This document shows positions 20,026 to 28,662 of a stretch of 30,672 bases of DNA, piece by piece. Each line of letters starts with the position of its first letter. Within the stretch, counting starts at the first letter, position 1. This stretch comes from Nitrospinales bacterium. Lineage in GTDB: Bacteria; Nitrospinota; Nitrospinia; Nitrospinales; JAJDAT01. The notes under the pieces are model-generated. The model did not search any database. It was not told the origin of the DNA and saw only the letters and a program-made list of their open reading frames with translations. The DNA lies in NCBI GenBank assembly GCA_046757665.1, contig JBHHYO010000028.1:1-30672 (forward strand), in the 5' to 3' direction. A program made the position numbers and the translations under genes.

Positions 20026-21675
20026 ATGGACAAACTCTATTTTAATATCGGAAACCGATTGGAGGAACTGGCGGAAGTCATTCCTGAAACTCCTGCCATC
20101 ATTGTTCCCCGCGGCAACCGGTGTAGTCGAACCGGTTTTGCGGGTCTGCGGCGGGAAATCCATCGGCTGGCCTCCGGCCTGTCTCTATCGGGCATAACCC
20201 AGGGACACCGCATTTTGTTGATGGTGCGCCCCGGCCTGGAGTTTATCGCGCTGACCTTTGCCTTGTTTCGGGTCGGCGCCGTCCCCGTCCTCATCGACCC
20301 CGGGCTGGGCAGGAAAAACATCCTGGGCTGTGTGCGGGACGCGGCGCCCGACGGCATGGTGGCCATTCCTCTGGCCCACGCCGCACGGCTCCTGTTTCCC
20401 AAACCCTTCAAAACCGCCCGCATTTTCATCACCGTCGGCAACGCCTGGTTTTGGGGAGGCAACACGCTGGCGCAGGTCAAGGAAATGGGGCACGAGCATT
20501 TTGAATCGGCAAAAACGGCGCCGGAAGACCCGGCCGCCATTCTGTTCACCAGCGGGAGCACCGGCCCTCCCAAGGGAGTCGTTTACACGCACGAAATGTT
20601 CGCCCGCCAGACGGATATCCTTGAAACCGTTTTCGGTTTCAAAAAAGGCGGGATCGACCTGCCGACCTTTCCCCTGTTCGCTTTGTTCAGCGTGGCGCTG
20701 GGGATGACGTGCGTGATTCCGGAAATGGACTTCGCCCGGCCCGCCGCGGCGGACCCGCGAAAAATCGTCGATGCGGTCAGCCGCTTCGGCGCCACAACCG
20801 GTTTCGGCTCACCGGCGCTGTGGGACCCGGTCAGCCGGTATTGCCTCGACCAAGGCATTCGGTTGCCGACGCTCAAGAGGATTTTAATGGCCGGCGCTCC
20901 CGTTCCGGGAACCCTTCTTCGCCGATTCGAAACCATCCTGGATCAAGATGCAGATATCGCCACGCCCTATGGCGCCACGGAGGCCCTCCCGGTCGCTTCC
21001 ATAAGCCGTCGGGAAATTCTGGGGGAAACCTGGGAAAAAACGGAGCAGGGAGCCGGGGTCTGCGTCGGCCAGGCAGTCCCCGGAATGGAGATCAAAATCA
21101 TCCGGATCACTGAGGAACCCATTGCCCATTGGGAAGAGACCCTGGAACTGCGCCGGGGAGAAATCGGTGAAATTGTCGTCAAGAGCCCTTGGGTGACGCA
21201 ACAATATTTTCAACACGAAACCGCCACCGCCCTGGCCAAAATCCAGCAGGGCTCAACTTTCTGGCACCGCATGGGCGACATCGGCTATCTGGATAACGAT
21301 AACCGCCTATGGTTTTGCGGACGGAAAAGCCACTGCGTCCGCACGCCGGAACAAACGCTGTACACTCTTCCCTGCGAGGCGATCTTCAACCGGCATCCCG
21401 GGGTAAAACGCTCCGCACTGGTTGGCGTGGGGCCGCGCAACGCCCAGCAACCCGTGATCATTATCGAACCACAAAACGGCAAAGTCCCTCGAAGCGAACA
21501 GGCCCGCGATCAATGGATTGCAGAATTGCGGGCGCTGGCGGCAGGCAACCCCCTGACGCGCAACATCCAAAATGTGTTGTTCCATCCGTCCTTCCCGGTG
21601 GACGTTCGGCACAATGCCAAAATCTTCCGCGAGAAACTGGCCCTTTGGGCGGCGGGCCAGCTCAAGAGAGGTTAA
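20026..21675 (+). CDS. OleC-like AMP-dependent ligase (beta-lactone synthetase family)
   Basis: LIDPGLG, FTSGSTGPPKGV, TFPLFALF, TPYGATEALPV, WHRMGDIGY, WFCGRKSH, and the C-terminal FPVDVRHNAKIFRE motif characteristic of OleC-type enzymes. ATG at 20026 preferred. Confidence 0.8.
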   Translation: MDKLYFNIGNRLEELAEVIPETPAIIVPRGNRCSRTGFAGLRREIHRLASGLSLSGITQGHRILLMVRPGLEFIALTFALFRVGAVPVLIDPGLGRKNILGCVRDAAPDGMVAIPLAHAARLLFPKPFKTARIFITVGNAWFWGGNTLAQVKEMGHEHFESAKTAPEDPAAILFTSGSTGPPKGVVYTHEMFARQTDILETVFGFKKGGIDLPTFPLFALFSVALGMTCVIPEMDFARPAAADPRKIVDAVSRFGATTGFGSPALWDPVSRYCLDQGIRLPTLKRILMAGAPVPGTLLRRFETILDQDADIATPYGATEALPVASISRREILGETWEKTEQGAGVCVGQAVPGMEIKIIRITEEPIAHWEETLELRRGEIGEIVVKSPWVTQQYFQHETATALAKIQQGSTFWHRMGDIGYLDNDNRLWFCGRKSHCVRTPEQTLYTLPCEAIFNRHPGVKRSALVGVGPRNAQQPVIIIEPQNGKVPRSEQARDQWIAELRALAAGNPLTRNIQNVLFHPSFPVDVRHNAKIFREKLALWAAGQLKRG

Positions 21676-21886
21676 ATCTCAAGTTTTCGGGCCAAACGGT
21701 CGATGATTCAACCGGTAACGACAAGATGCCGGAAATTGCCGTCAATCTTTCAATCGACTACCTTTCGCCTATCGCATCCTTTATAATGACACTTTGAAAA
21801 AAAGTCGGCCGGCGCCGCTTTTTCCTTCAATGTAATGGCACAACCGGGTCGCACAACGCTCAAGTGAGAGGAGAGCCCGACAATTC

Positions 21887-22963
21887 ATGAAACGATTCGC
21901 CGCAACCTCCAAGGTTGCTTTATTTTTGGGGCTTTTTTGGATTTTAGCCACAGTTTCCTGTATATCCAAGCCCAGGACCCCTACCGAAAAATTCATTGAT
22001 TCAAACCGGGCGATTTCCCTGGACAGTCGAGGGGGAGTTGCCTCATTCGTGTTTTTCCCGGATTTTCGGAAAAACACCATCGAAGGATATGTCATCGTCC
22101 AGCACGGCACACTCAACTGGGATGCCTCCGATCTTCATTTTCACCAGGGTAGAAAATCTTTCAATCCCAAACCGCCCCGGCAAATCACCATGGTGGGTCA
22201 TGGCCCCCGCAGAGCCAGGCTCAAAGAAAACGAAACGTTAAATTATCGAATCCTGATTCCGCGAAAAAAGATTAATATCCGCAAGCCCTTCACCTTTTAT
22301 TACCGGACTCCGATCAGCGGACAGAAAATGACCCTGAGAGAAAACTTGAGACGGAAAGGCAAGGCCTTGTTCCAGACGAGAAAAAAGAGGCGGCCCCGTC
22401 CGGCACAACGAAAAACCGCGCCCAGACAAAATACCCGAAAACAGGCAAATCTCAGTTTTTCAGACCTGATTCCCAAAAACCCGGGTAGTAGCGATATTCT
22501 CACACCTAAACAGGAAAAATTCCTGAACTCCCTGACCGGCGGGTATAAATTCGGAATGTCCACGGAAGAAGCGGACTCCGTCCGCGTCAACGACCAACTG
22601 CGGAACTGCAAGGACTCGCAACCCGGCTCGGAATTTTGCCTGGAACGGGATATCGCCTTTTTAGGTGAGCGGGCCAAGCTGAGCGGCTTGATTTCCTCCA
22701 AAACACAAACGTTAAACAATATTACTATCGAGTTTGACCGGCGGAAAGAAAACACGAAGGACCTGTCCAACGATTGCCTGAACATCCAGGATTTGCTGAC
22801 CAGAAAAATTACGCCTCTGTTCGGCCAGGCGGAACTGGATTTCAACCGTTATGTGAAAAACTTCATCTGGCACCTAACCGACAAACGGGAATTGCGGGTA
22901 ATCGCCTTATGCAAGACCAGCGACTCCGGCGTCATTTTGTTGCAATACCGGCAAGTGCCCTGA
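21887..22963 (+). CDS. Hypothetical exported or lipoprotein
   Basis: 358-aa ORF with SD GAGAGGAG, a signal-like N-terminus ending TVS-C, and two globular regions joined by a basic linker. No family recognised. Confidence 0.7.
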   Translation: MKRFAATSKVALFLGLFWILATVSCISKPRTPTEKFIDSNRAISLDSRGGVASFVFFPDFRKNTIEGYVIVQHGTLNWDASDLHFHQGRKSFNPKPPRQITMVGHGPRRARLKENETLNYRILIPRKKINIRKPFTFYYRTPISGQKMTLRENLRRKGKALFQTRKKRRPRPAQRKTAPRQNTRKQANLSFSDLIPKNPGSSDILTPKQEKFLNSLTGGYKFGMSTEEADSVRVNDQLRNCKDSQPGSEFCLERDIAFLGERAKLSGLISSKTQTLNNITIEFDRRKENTKDLSNDCLNIQDLLTRKITPLFGQAELDFNRYVKNFIWHLTDKRELRVIALCKTSDSGVILLQYRQVP

Positions 22964-23076
22964 AAATTCCGGCGCATCGCAAAAAAATCTTGCGCAAGAA
23001 CCCATTTTTGCCGATAAGAGCTTATAATAGAATATTCCGATTGTTTTTCTTGTCCATTAGAAGCAGGATATTTTCC

Positions 23077-24303
23077 ATGAAAAAGACCATTCCTCTTTAT
23101 TGTGCATTGGGCCTGCTGGTGCTGGCGGGGACCACCGGCTGTTCCTTTTCTTTGAAGGATTTGATGTTTTGGAAGAAAGGTGGAACGGAGCAACCCGAAA
23201 AACCGCGCCCCAGCCTGGCCGCCGACACGCCGCTTCACCTGGCCGCCATGCAGGGCAACTTGAAGGAAGCGGAATGGTATCTTCAACGGGGCATGAATGT
23301 GGATGTGGAAAACAAATATGGTTCCACGCCCCTGCACTGGGCGGCGGCCAGCGGGCAAACGGAGATGGTAGCGTTTCTCATCGACCAGGGAGCCAACATA
23401 AACGCCCATGACTGGGCCGGTTTTACCCCGGCGCATCATGCGGTCTTGAAGGGCCGCCAGGAAACACTGGAACTGCTTCTCGACCGGGGCGTCGACGTGA
23501 ACAGCAAAGACCGGGACGGGTTTACGCTCCTGCACCTGGCCTCCAGGAAAAACCGGAAATCAATCGTGGAACTGCTCATCGCCAGGGGCGCCCGCATCGA
23601 CGCCAAGGACAAGTACGGCGTCACCCCCCTGAAACTGGCCTCCAAAAAGCGTCTCAAGACCGTAACGAAAACCCTGATCCGCAAGGGAGCCAACGTGGAT
23701 CAAAAGGGAAGTGACGGCATCGCCCTGTTGCACCGCGCCGCCGGCGACGGCAACCAAGCCGAAGTTCAGCGGTTGATTGCCGAAGGAGCCGACGTCAATT
23801 CGACAGACAACAGCGGACTTACCCCTCTGGATTGGGCCGCCCGCTCAGGCAACCGTTTCGTCGCCGAGTTCCTGATTGACCGCGGCGCCTCACTTCAGGA
23901 GAAAAACCGGCTCAGCCCCCTTCACCTTGCGGCCATGCAGGGGCATACCAACGTCATCGAGATGCTCCTCAGAAGAGGCGCCAACATCAATGCCGGGGAC
24001 AACGCGGGCAGAACCCCCCTGCACTGGGCCGTCATGAAAAACCGGCCCGCCGCCGCCAAACTGCTGATCGACAAGGGAGCCAATATCAACGCCCGGGACC
24101 ATGCAGGCCGCACACCGCTTCATATGCCAGCGTTGACGGGCCAAACCGCCATGGTGCAACTGCTGATTGATCGAGGCATCAACGTCAATGCCAAGGCCGC
24201 AAACGGGGCCACGGCGCTGGGTATGGCCACCCTCGGCGGTCACAAGGACCTGGTGCGAATGCTGATGGGCAAGGGAGACGAACTCACCCGCAAAAGAAAA
24301 TAA
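23077..24303 (+). CDS. Ankyrin-repeat lipoprotein (about 11 repeats)
   Basis: MKKTIPLY...LAGTTG-C signal followed by repeated TPLHxAA...GANINA units. ATG at 23077; the track's 22774 start overlaps the upstream gene. Confidence 0.93.
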   Translation: MKKTIPLYCALGLLVLAGTTGCSFSLKDLMFWKKGGTEQPEKPRPSLAADTPLHLAAMQGNLKEAEWYLQRGMNVDVENKYGSTPLHWAAASGQTEMVAFLIDQGANINAHDWAGFTPAHHAVLKGRQETLELLLDRGVDVNSKDRDGFTLLHLASRKNRKSIVELLIARGARIDAKDKYGVTPLKLASKKRLKTVTKTLIRKGANVDQKGSDGIALLHRAAGDGNQAEVQRLIAEGADVNSTDNSGLTPLDWAARSGNRFVAEFLIDRGASLQEKNRLSPLHLAAMQGHTNVIEMLLRRGANINAGDNAGRTPLHWAVMKNRPAAAKLLIDKGANINARDHAGRTPLHMPALTGQTAMVQLLIDRGINVNAKAANGATALGMATLGGHKDLVRMLMGKGDELTRKRK

Positions 24304-24354
24304 ACATCCGCAAAACCAGCGACCCTCTCATTCCGCTCGAACACCATTCCGCCC

Positions 24355-25065
24355 TCAGGTTGTCCCGGCCCTGTCTCCTTCAACTTTTCTGCCGCGAAAA
24401 TAAACGGCGCCCGCCAAAACATGATCCTCCTCGGGCGTGAATTTGAATTTTTCCAGGTTAAATTTGATGCTCCATGAAAAAAACCGGTACACCAACCTGC
24501 CTCTGAGTTTCTCCCAAAATGGAGTCTCCTTGTCCCGGTAAACCCTTTTCAGCATTTTTTTGTAATTACCGATAATCTGCCTGAGCGCGTATGCGGAACC
24601 CAGCAACACGCCGGACTCCAGTTCCCGGAAATCTTCAAAAAGCGTTCTCACTCCGCTGACCGACATGTTGAAATAATGATCCGGCACATCATGATAAGGA
24701 AACAAAAACGGGACGCTGATGTCCACAATCCCGCCGGACCGCAACACTCTTTTGATTTCCTCGCTCGCCGCAAAGGGTGAGGGAACATGCTCCAAAACGG
24801 CATGACAAAACACCGCCTCGAAAACACCTTTTTTGAACGGCAGCGCCAGGGCATCTCCCAGGGCGTTGGTATTGGCATAGCGAAAACAATCCAGTTGTAT
24901 CAGGTGCGGATGGCTGATGGCGGAGTTCCCGGAGCCCAAATCCAGAATCAGACCGGTGGGGTTTTCCTCGAGGAATTGCAGAATTCTTTCATTTTTTTTT
25001 GACGGCAGGTTGGTTTTATTTAGCGTTTTGCGGTCATCGAACTTTGAATAGGGATTAGCAGTCAT
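24355..25065 (-). CDS. Class I SAM-dependent methyltransferase
   Basis: ILDLGSG, GDALALPF, AVLEHVPSP, RVLRSGG, PFLFPYH. Confidence 0.88.
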   Translation of the reverse strand: MTANPYSKFDDRKTLNKTNLPSKKNERILQFLEENPTGLILDLGSGNSAISHPHLIQLDCFRYANTNALGDALALPFKKGVFEAVFCHAVLEHVPSPFAASEEIKRVLRSGGIVDISVPFLFPYHDVPDHYFNMSVSGVRTLFEDFRELESGVLLGSAYALRQIIGNYKKMLKRVYRDKETPFWEKLRGRLVYRFFSWSIKFNLEKFKFTPEEDHVLAGAVYFRGRKVEGDRAGTT

Positions 25066-25130
25066 GGCGAGGGCGGGGGCATTGGGTTGGGAAAAATTCT
25101 GATGTGCGCCGGAATCATGTTAACGCCGCT

Positions 25131-25189
25131 AAACAAAAAGCCAAAACCAAGCAATCGGGGAGTACCCGCCGTTCACTTGATTTTGGCTT
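25131..25189 (-). terminator. Intrinsic terminator downstream of the cupredoxin-like gene
   Basis: AAGCCAAAAUCAAG pairs with CUUGGUUUUGGCUU (1 G-U) and is followed by UUUGUUU. Confidence 0.55.
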
Positions 25190-25214
25190 GACTGTCGGAA
25201 AAGCTTGAACCCGC

Positions 25215-25245
25215 TCCGGCTCCGCCCGATGAGGGCGAAGCCGGA
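25215..25245 (-). other. GC-rich stem-loop just after the stop codon at 25257
   Basis: UCCGGCUUCGCCC-UCAUC-GGGCGGAGCCGGA, 13 bp with 1 G-U. Confidence 0.6.
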
Positions 25246-25256
25246 AACCGGTTGGA

Positions 25257-26195
25257 TTACATACCTGCTACGGTGCGTTTCGCTTTTTCCTGGCTTACTT
25301 TAACATCCCGCACCGGGAATTCCCAATTTACCTCGACGGTTCCACCGGCGGTAACTTCGATTTCCTTCTCGATGATATGAGGCTCGTCGTAAACGGGCCG
25401 GCTGTCAGCGGCGAAATGATCGATGTTGTAACCCTCATGCCATCCCACCAAGGTGTATTTCCCGGGGGGAACCTGTTTGATCTCGTAGGCGCCCTTGGCA
25501 TCCGTAACGGCAAAATAAGGATGGTCAAATCCGAACATCCAGCCGTTCATGTGAATATGGGTGTCGCACTGATACCGGGCCAGATCCTTGACGCGCTTGA
25601 CTTTCTTTTTCACCAACCGGTTCTGGTCGGGAAGCGGAAAGTTGAACAGGGTCGAACCTTCCGCGGTGAAAGCGTGCGGGTTGTGCAACAGGTCTTCCAG
25701 GTTGTACATGGCAACGGGGCGGGTGCGAACTACCGGCCAGATATGCTCCTCGAAATTGCAAAGCTGGCTGTCAGGCCGCTGATCCGCATCTCTCCCGGCA
25801 TGGAGAACCTGGGACGAACCGCCAATGGGATACACCGTATCTCTTTTCAGTTTCATCTTTTTCTTGGGAAGAGCCGCTCCCTCCATGATTTTGCCCTTCA
25901 GGTAGACGACGACGAATTTAACCCCTTTGGAGCCGTTGTCCACTTGTAGCGCGGGGTTGTAAACCTCCTGCCCGCATTTGTCCATGTGCTTGAAAACAGT
26001 TACTTTCGGAAGAGTGGGAATATCGCCTTTCCACTTGGCAACACCTTTAATCGTCCCCCCGTTTTTCACATCGATTTCCTTGTACTTGGCCTTTTTGGCC
26101 GCCGACGTGGAAACGGTCAGCGCAACCGTAGCCATGGTGACAACCGTCCCCGTCAGAATGGTTTTTAATACCTTGCGAAATGATTTACTAAACAT
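25257..26195 (-). CDS. Exported cupredoxin-like protein with a carboxypeptidase-regulatory-like beta-sandwich
   Basis: Sec signal (…STSA-A), GGTIKG, HNPH, CDTHIHM (C-x2-H-x2-M), HPYFAVTDAKGAYEI...PPGKYTLVGWH. Confidence 0.8.
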   Translation of the reverse strand: MFSKSFRKVLKTILTGTVVTMATVALTVSTSAAKKAKYKEIDVKNGGTIKGVAKWKGDIPTLPKVTVFKHMDKCGQEVYNPALQVDNGSKGVKFVVVYLKGKIMEGAALPKKKMKLKRDTVYPIGGSSQVLHAGRDADQRPDSQLCNFEEHIWPVVRTRPVAMYNLEDLLHNPHAFTAEGSTLFNFPLPDQNRLVKKKVKRVKDLARYQCDTHIHMNGWMFGFDHPYFAVTDAKGAYEIKQVPPGKYTLVGWHEGYNIDHFAADSRPVYDEPHIIEKEIEVTAGGTVEVNWEFPVRDVKVSQEKAKRTVAGM

Positions 26196-26277
26196 ATTTT
26201 AATCCCCCATTTTAATAAAGTTACTTCCTCAAAACCAAATCCACACCCTGGTTTCAACTAACCAACCTTGAGCAGAA

Positions 26278-26318
26278 AACCCCTCCTCGATGACCGCAAG
26301 GTCAAATGAGGAGGGGTT
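26278..26318 (-). promoter_or_regulatory. Long hairpin in the 5' leader of the cupredoxin-like gene
   Basis: AACCCCTCCTC / GAGGAGGGGTT perfect 11-bp inverted repeat plus an inner TGACC-GCAA-GGTCA stem, located between the promoter and the ATG. Confidence 0.65.
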
Positions 26319-26336
26319 CACTATCCGAATAGATCA

Positions 26337-26365
26337 ATTATATAAAAAAACCTTCTTCTTTGCAA
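26337..26365 (-). promoter_or_regulatory. Near-consensus sigma70 promoter
   Basis: TTGCAA (26365-26360), 17-nt spacer, TATAAT (26342-26337). Confidence 0.75.
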
Positions 26366-26398
26366 AAAACTTTCCCCCGCCTTTTTTGCTTGTCTCGA

Positions 26399-28063
26399 TT
26401 AGAAGACAAACGCCGTGCCAAGCAGGATCACCAAGTGCGGCGAGGGGCCCTGTGACGGCGCCGAAACGCGGACCAAGGCGTTGGCGGTCATCCTGATAAC
26501 GGGATCGGGGGAGTATACGATCCCCGGCCCAATCAGGTTAGTCCAGCCGTGCCGGAACGTTTTGCGTGCCGGCGCAAAAGACCCTTGAGGCGGCGGCTGA
26601 CCGGTTTTCACGTTGGACACGAAATCCGCGCTTCCCGGCAGGGCAAAATTGCCACGATAGGAGTCCGCCTTCTGCAAGATATTGATACTGCTGAACTGAA
26701 GCGAAACATAATCCTTGTAAACCGGCACGACGTAGTTCGCTACAAATTTATATGTGTTGCCGGCATCCACTCCATCGGACTCAAAATTAAAGCGCGCAAT
26801 ACCACCAATATGGAGAGCGGAACGGTCGAACGGGGTGCCCGCCAGAAAGTTGGGCATATCGCCAGGCACAAACTGTTTGCTGAGAAAACCGGCAACCTGG
26901 TAGGAAAAGGTGCCTTTACCCGGTTGCAGGCCGATGGGCAAACGCCCGTCGTCGGTGAACCGCTTGAAAACGGGGCGTCTGAAACCCGGCGGTCGCAACA
27001 GCTGGCCATTCTGAGTAAACAATTTGTTGCCGTTCTCGTCGAAATTGTCCAGCGGCCCAAGGCCCGAGCCAATACGGAACGCCCGGAAACTGGGAGGACA
27101 CCCGGTGCCCGCTTCCCCACGTGCTGTACCGTCAGGCTTCAGGCTACCAAATCCCGTGGGATTGATGCTACCTTCGCACCGGATGGTGATACGTCCATCG
27201 TCTCCCGCTTTCTCATCGTTACTGCCGGTCGGGAAAAAGACGCCGGCGGCCACGGCCAGACCAACCGGATGGTTGGCCTGATCCCATATTTTCTTTTTAA
27301 GGAACAGACTGACATCGCCCAAGCCTTCGGCGGTGCCACCGTTGTTGACGATCGTATTGAAAGCAAATCCGTTGCCGGGACCGGCGCTCGTGTTTCGCTT
27401 CTTAATATTGTTCAGAAGTACAGAACCTCTGGCTTGAGAGAACTGATAGGGGACGTTCACGATAGCTACCCAACTGTGCAAGAATTTGCGGTTCAAGTCG
27501 AAACCGCGCTTAAGCGTCAAGTTGAAAAACAACCGGTTTACGCTCCTATTGATGTAATTCTCAGTATCGAGCTGACCGTTGCTCCTGAAGTCAGTGGGCG
27601 TTATCGTGGTAAACTTCAACGAGGTAGCCAGCGCCCACAGGCCGGGCGGCAGGGTGAAAGCGTGAACCGGGTTACCTGCGGGCACGAGCAGGGGCGGAAT
27701 AAACGTCTTGACCTGCGCGGCAATCAGGTTGCGCTCGAGAACCTCGAATTTCGGCTCACCATGCTCCACGGCCCCCAAATCCAGCAGGCGTTGCTTGAAC
27801 TGTTTCCCGAAATAAGCGCCACCTTTCAGCGGATCGGCGGCCTCAACCTCGGGATGTTCAACGGGCATTTCCCCCTCACCCGAAAACGCCTGCGAGGCCG
27901 TTTGGGTGATTTCCGTGATCAACTGATCATTATCGGCAAGCGTGTCCACCCACGGCTTCTCTTCGGCCGCGACCGAGGCCGAGCTTAAGAGGAGCAGGGA
28001 AGCCGCGCTCAACATAGCCCCTTCTCTTCCGACACTTTTGAAACCCTTCAGTTTTAACGTCAT
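26399..28063 (-). CDS. Predicted outer-membrane beta-barrel (COG4313/'transporter'-like)
   Basis: SD GAGGGAG before ATG 28063, Sec signal (SVAA-E), GLGDVSL...FPTG...LQPGKG motif series, amphipathic strands, and a C-terminal Phe (GTAFVF). Confidence 0.7.
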   Translation of the reverse strand: MTLKLKGFKSVGREGAMLSAASLLLLSSASVAAEEKPWVDTLADNDQLITEITQTASQAFSGEGEMPVEHPEVEAADPLKGGAYFGKQFKQRLLDLGAVEHGEPKFEVLERNLIAAQVKTFIPPLLVPAGNPVHAFTLPPGLWALATSLKFTTITPTDFRSNGQLDTENYINRSVNRLFFNLTLKRGFDLNRKFLHSWVAIVNVPYQFSQARGSVLLNNIKKRNTSAGPGNGFAFNTIVNNGGTAEGLGDVSLFLKKKIWDQANHPVGLAVAAGVFFPTGSNDEKAGDDGRITIRCEGSINPTGFGSLKPDGTARGEAGTGCPPSFRAFRIGSGLGPLDNFDENGNKLFTQNGQLLRPPGFRRPVFKRFTDDGRLPIGLQPGKGTFSYQVAGFLSKQFVPGDMPNFLAGTPFDRSALHIGGIARFNFESDGVDAGNTYKFVANYVVPVYKDYVSLQFSSINILQKADSYRGNFALPGSADFVSNVKTGQPPPQGSFAPARKTFRHGWTNLIGPGIVYSPDPVIRMTANALVRVSAPSQGPSPHLVILLGTAFVF

Positions 28064-28173
28064 GTCAACTCCCTCTTGGTGATCGGCATTTCTGTTATCT
28101 AAATGGCCTGAAGCTGCTGAAGCTTCGGTTAACGATGGAAGCAAAGGGGCTCGGCCCTAAACTTCATAGCGAC

Positions 28174-28201
28174 ACTATACACAATATTCCCTTTTGGTCA
28201 A
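28174..28201 (-). promoter_or_regulatory. sigma70-type promoter for the beta-barrel gene
   Basis: TTGACC (28201-28196), 16-nt spacer, TATAGT (28179-28174). Confidence 0.55.
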
Positions 28202-28662
28202 GTTTTTTCTAGGCTTTTTATTTTGACCGCTGTAACCCATCTCCCCAAAAGCATACAGGATAACGGAGGAGCCCAAACCGGCTCCAGCAACCAAACGCAA
28301 ACGGCGAAATTTTGCCGGAGTATATTCCTTTCGCTGGAGAATTTCAAGACCCAAATCCAAAAATTCTCGGATAGGCCGCAGGCGCCTTCCCTCTTTCAAA
28401 TCCGGCCTGCAAATCCATCACATCCCGGGCTGGCTGGGCGCGCCTACACGCAGACGCCCTTCCAAGCCTCCAAAGACACGATTGCGGTTCTTTTACATCA
28501 AATTCCCGAAAAATGCAAGGGGTGGAGCGGCTGAAAACCAAAAAAAATTCTTCAGAAGGGAAACAGCATTTTGCAGTCAAACTAAAACTTTCGTTCGATC
28601 GCTATCGAACGCTTTCGGACCGCATCTCCTCCGCAGGGCGAAACCGGGCGGCAAAGCAAAAT

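Noticed and set aside
21836-21853. TGGCAC...TCGCA as a sigma54 promoter
   Set aside because: GG-to-GC spacing is 12 nt rather than the required 10 nt.
22774-23076. N-terminal extension of the ankyrin ORF in the track
   Set aside because: Overlaps the upstream gene; a clean lipoprotein signal begins at ATG 23077.
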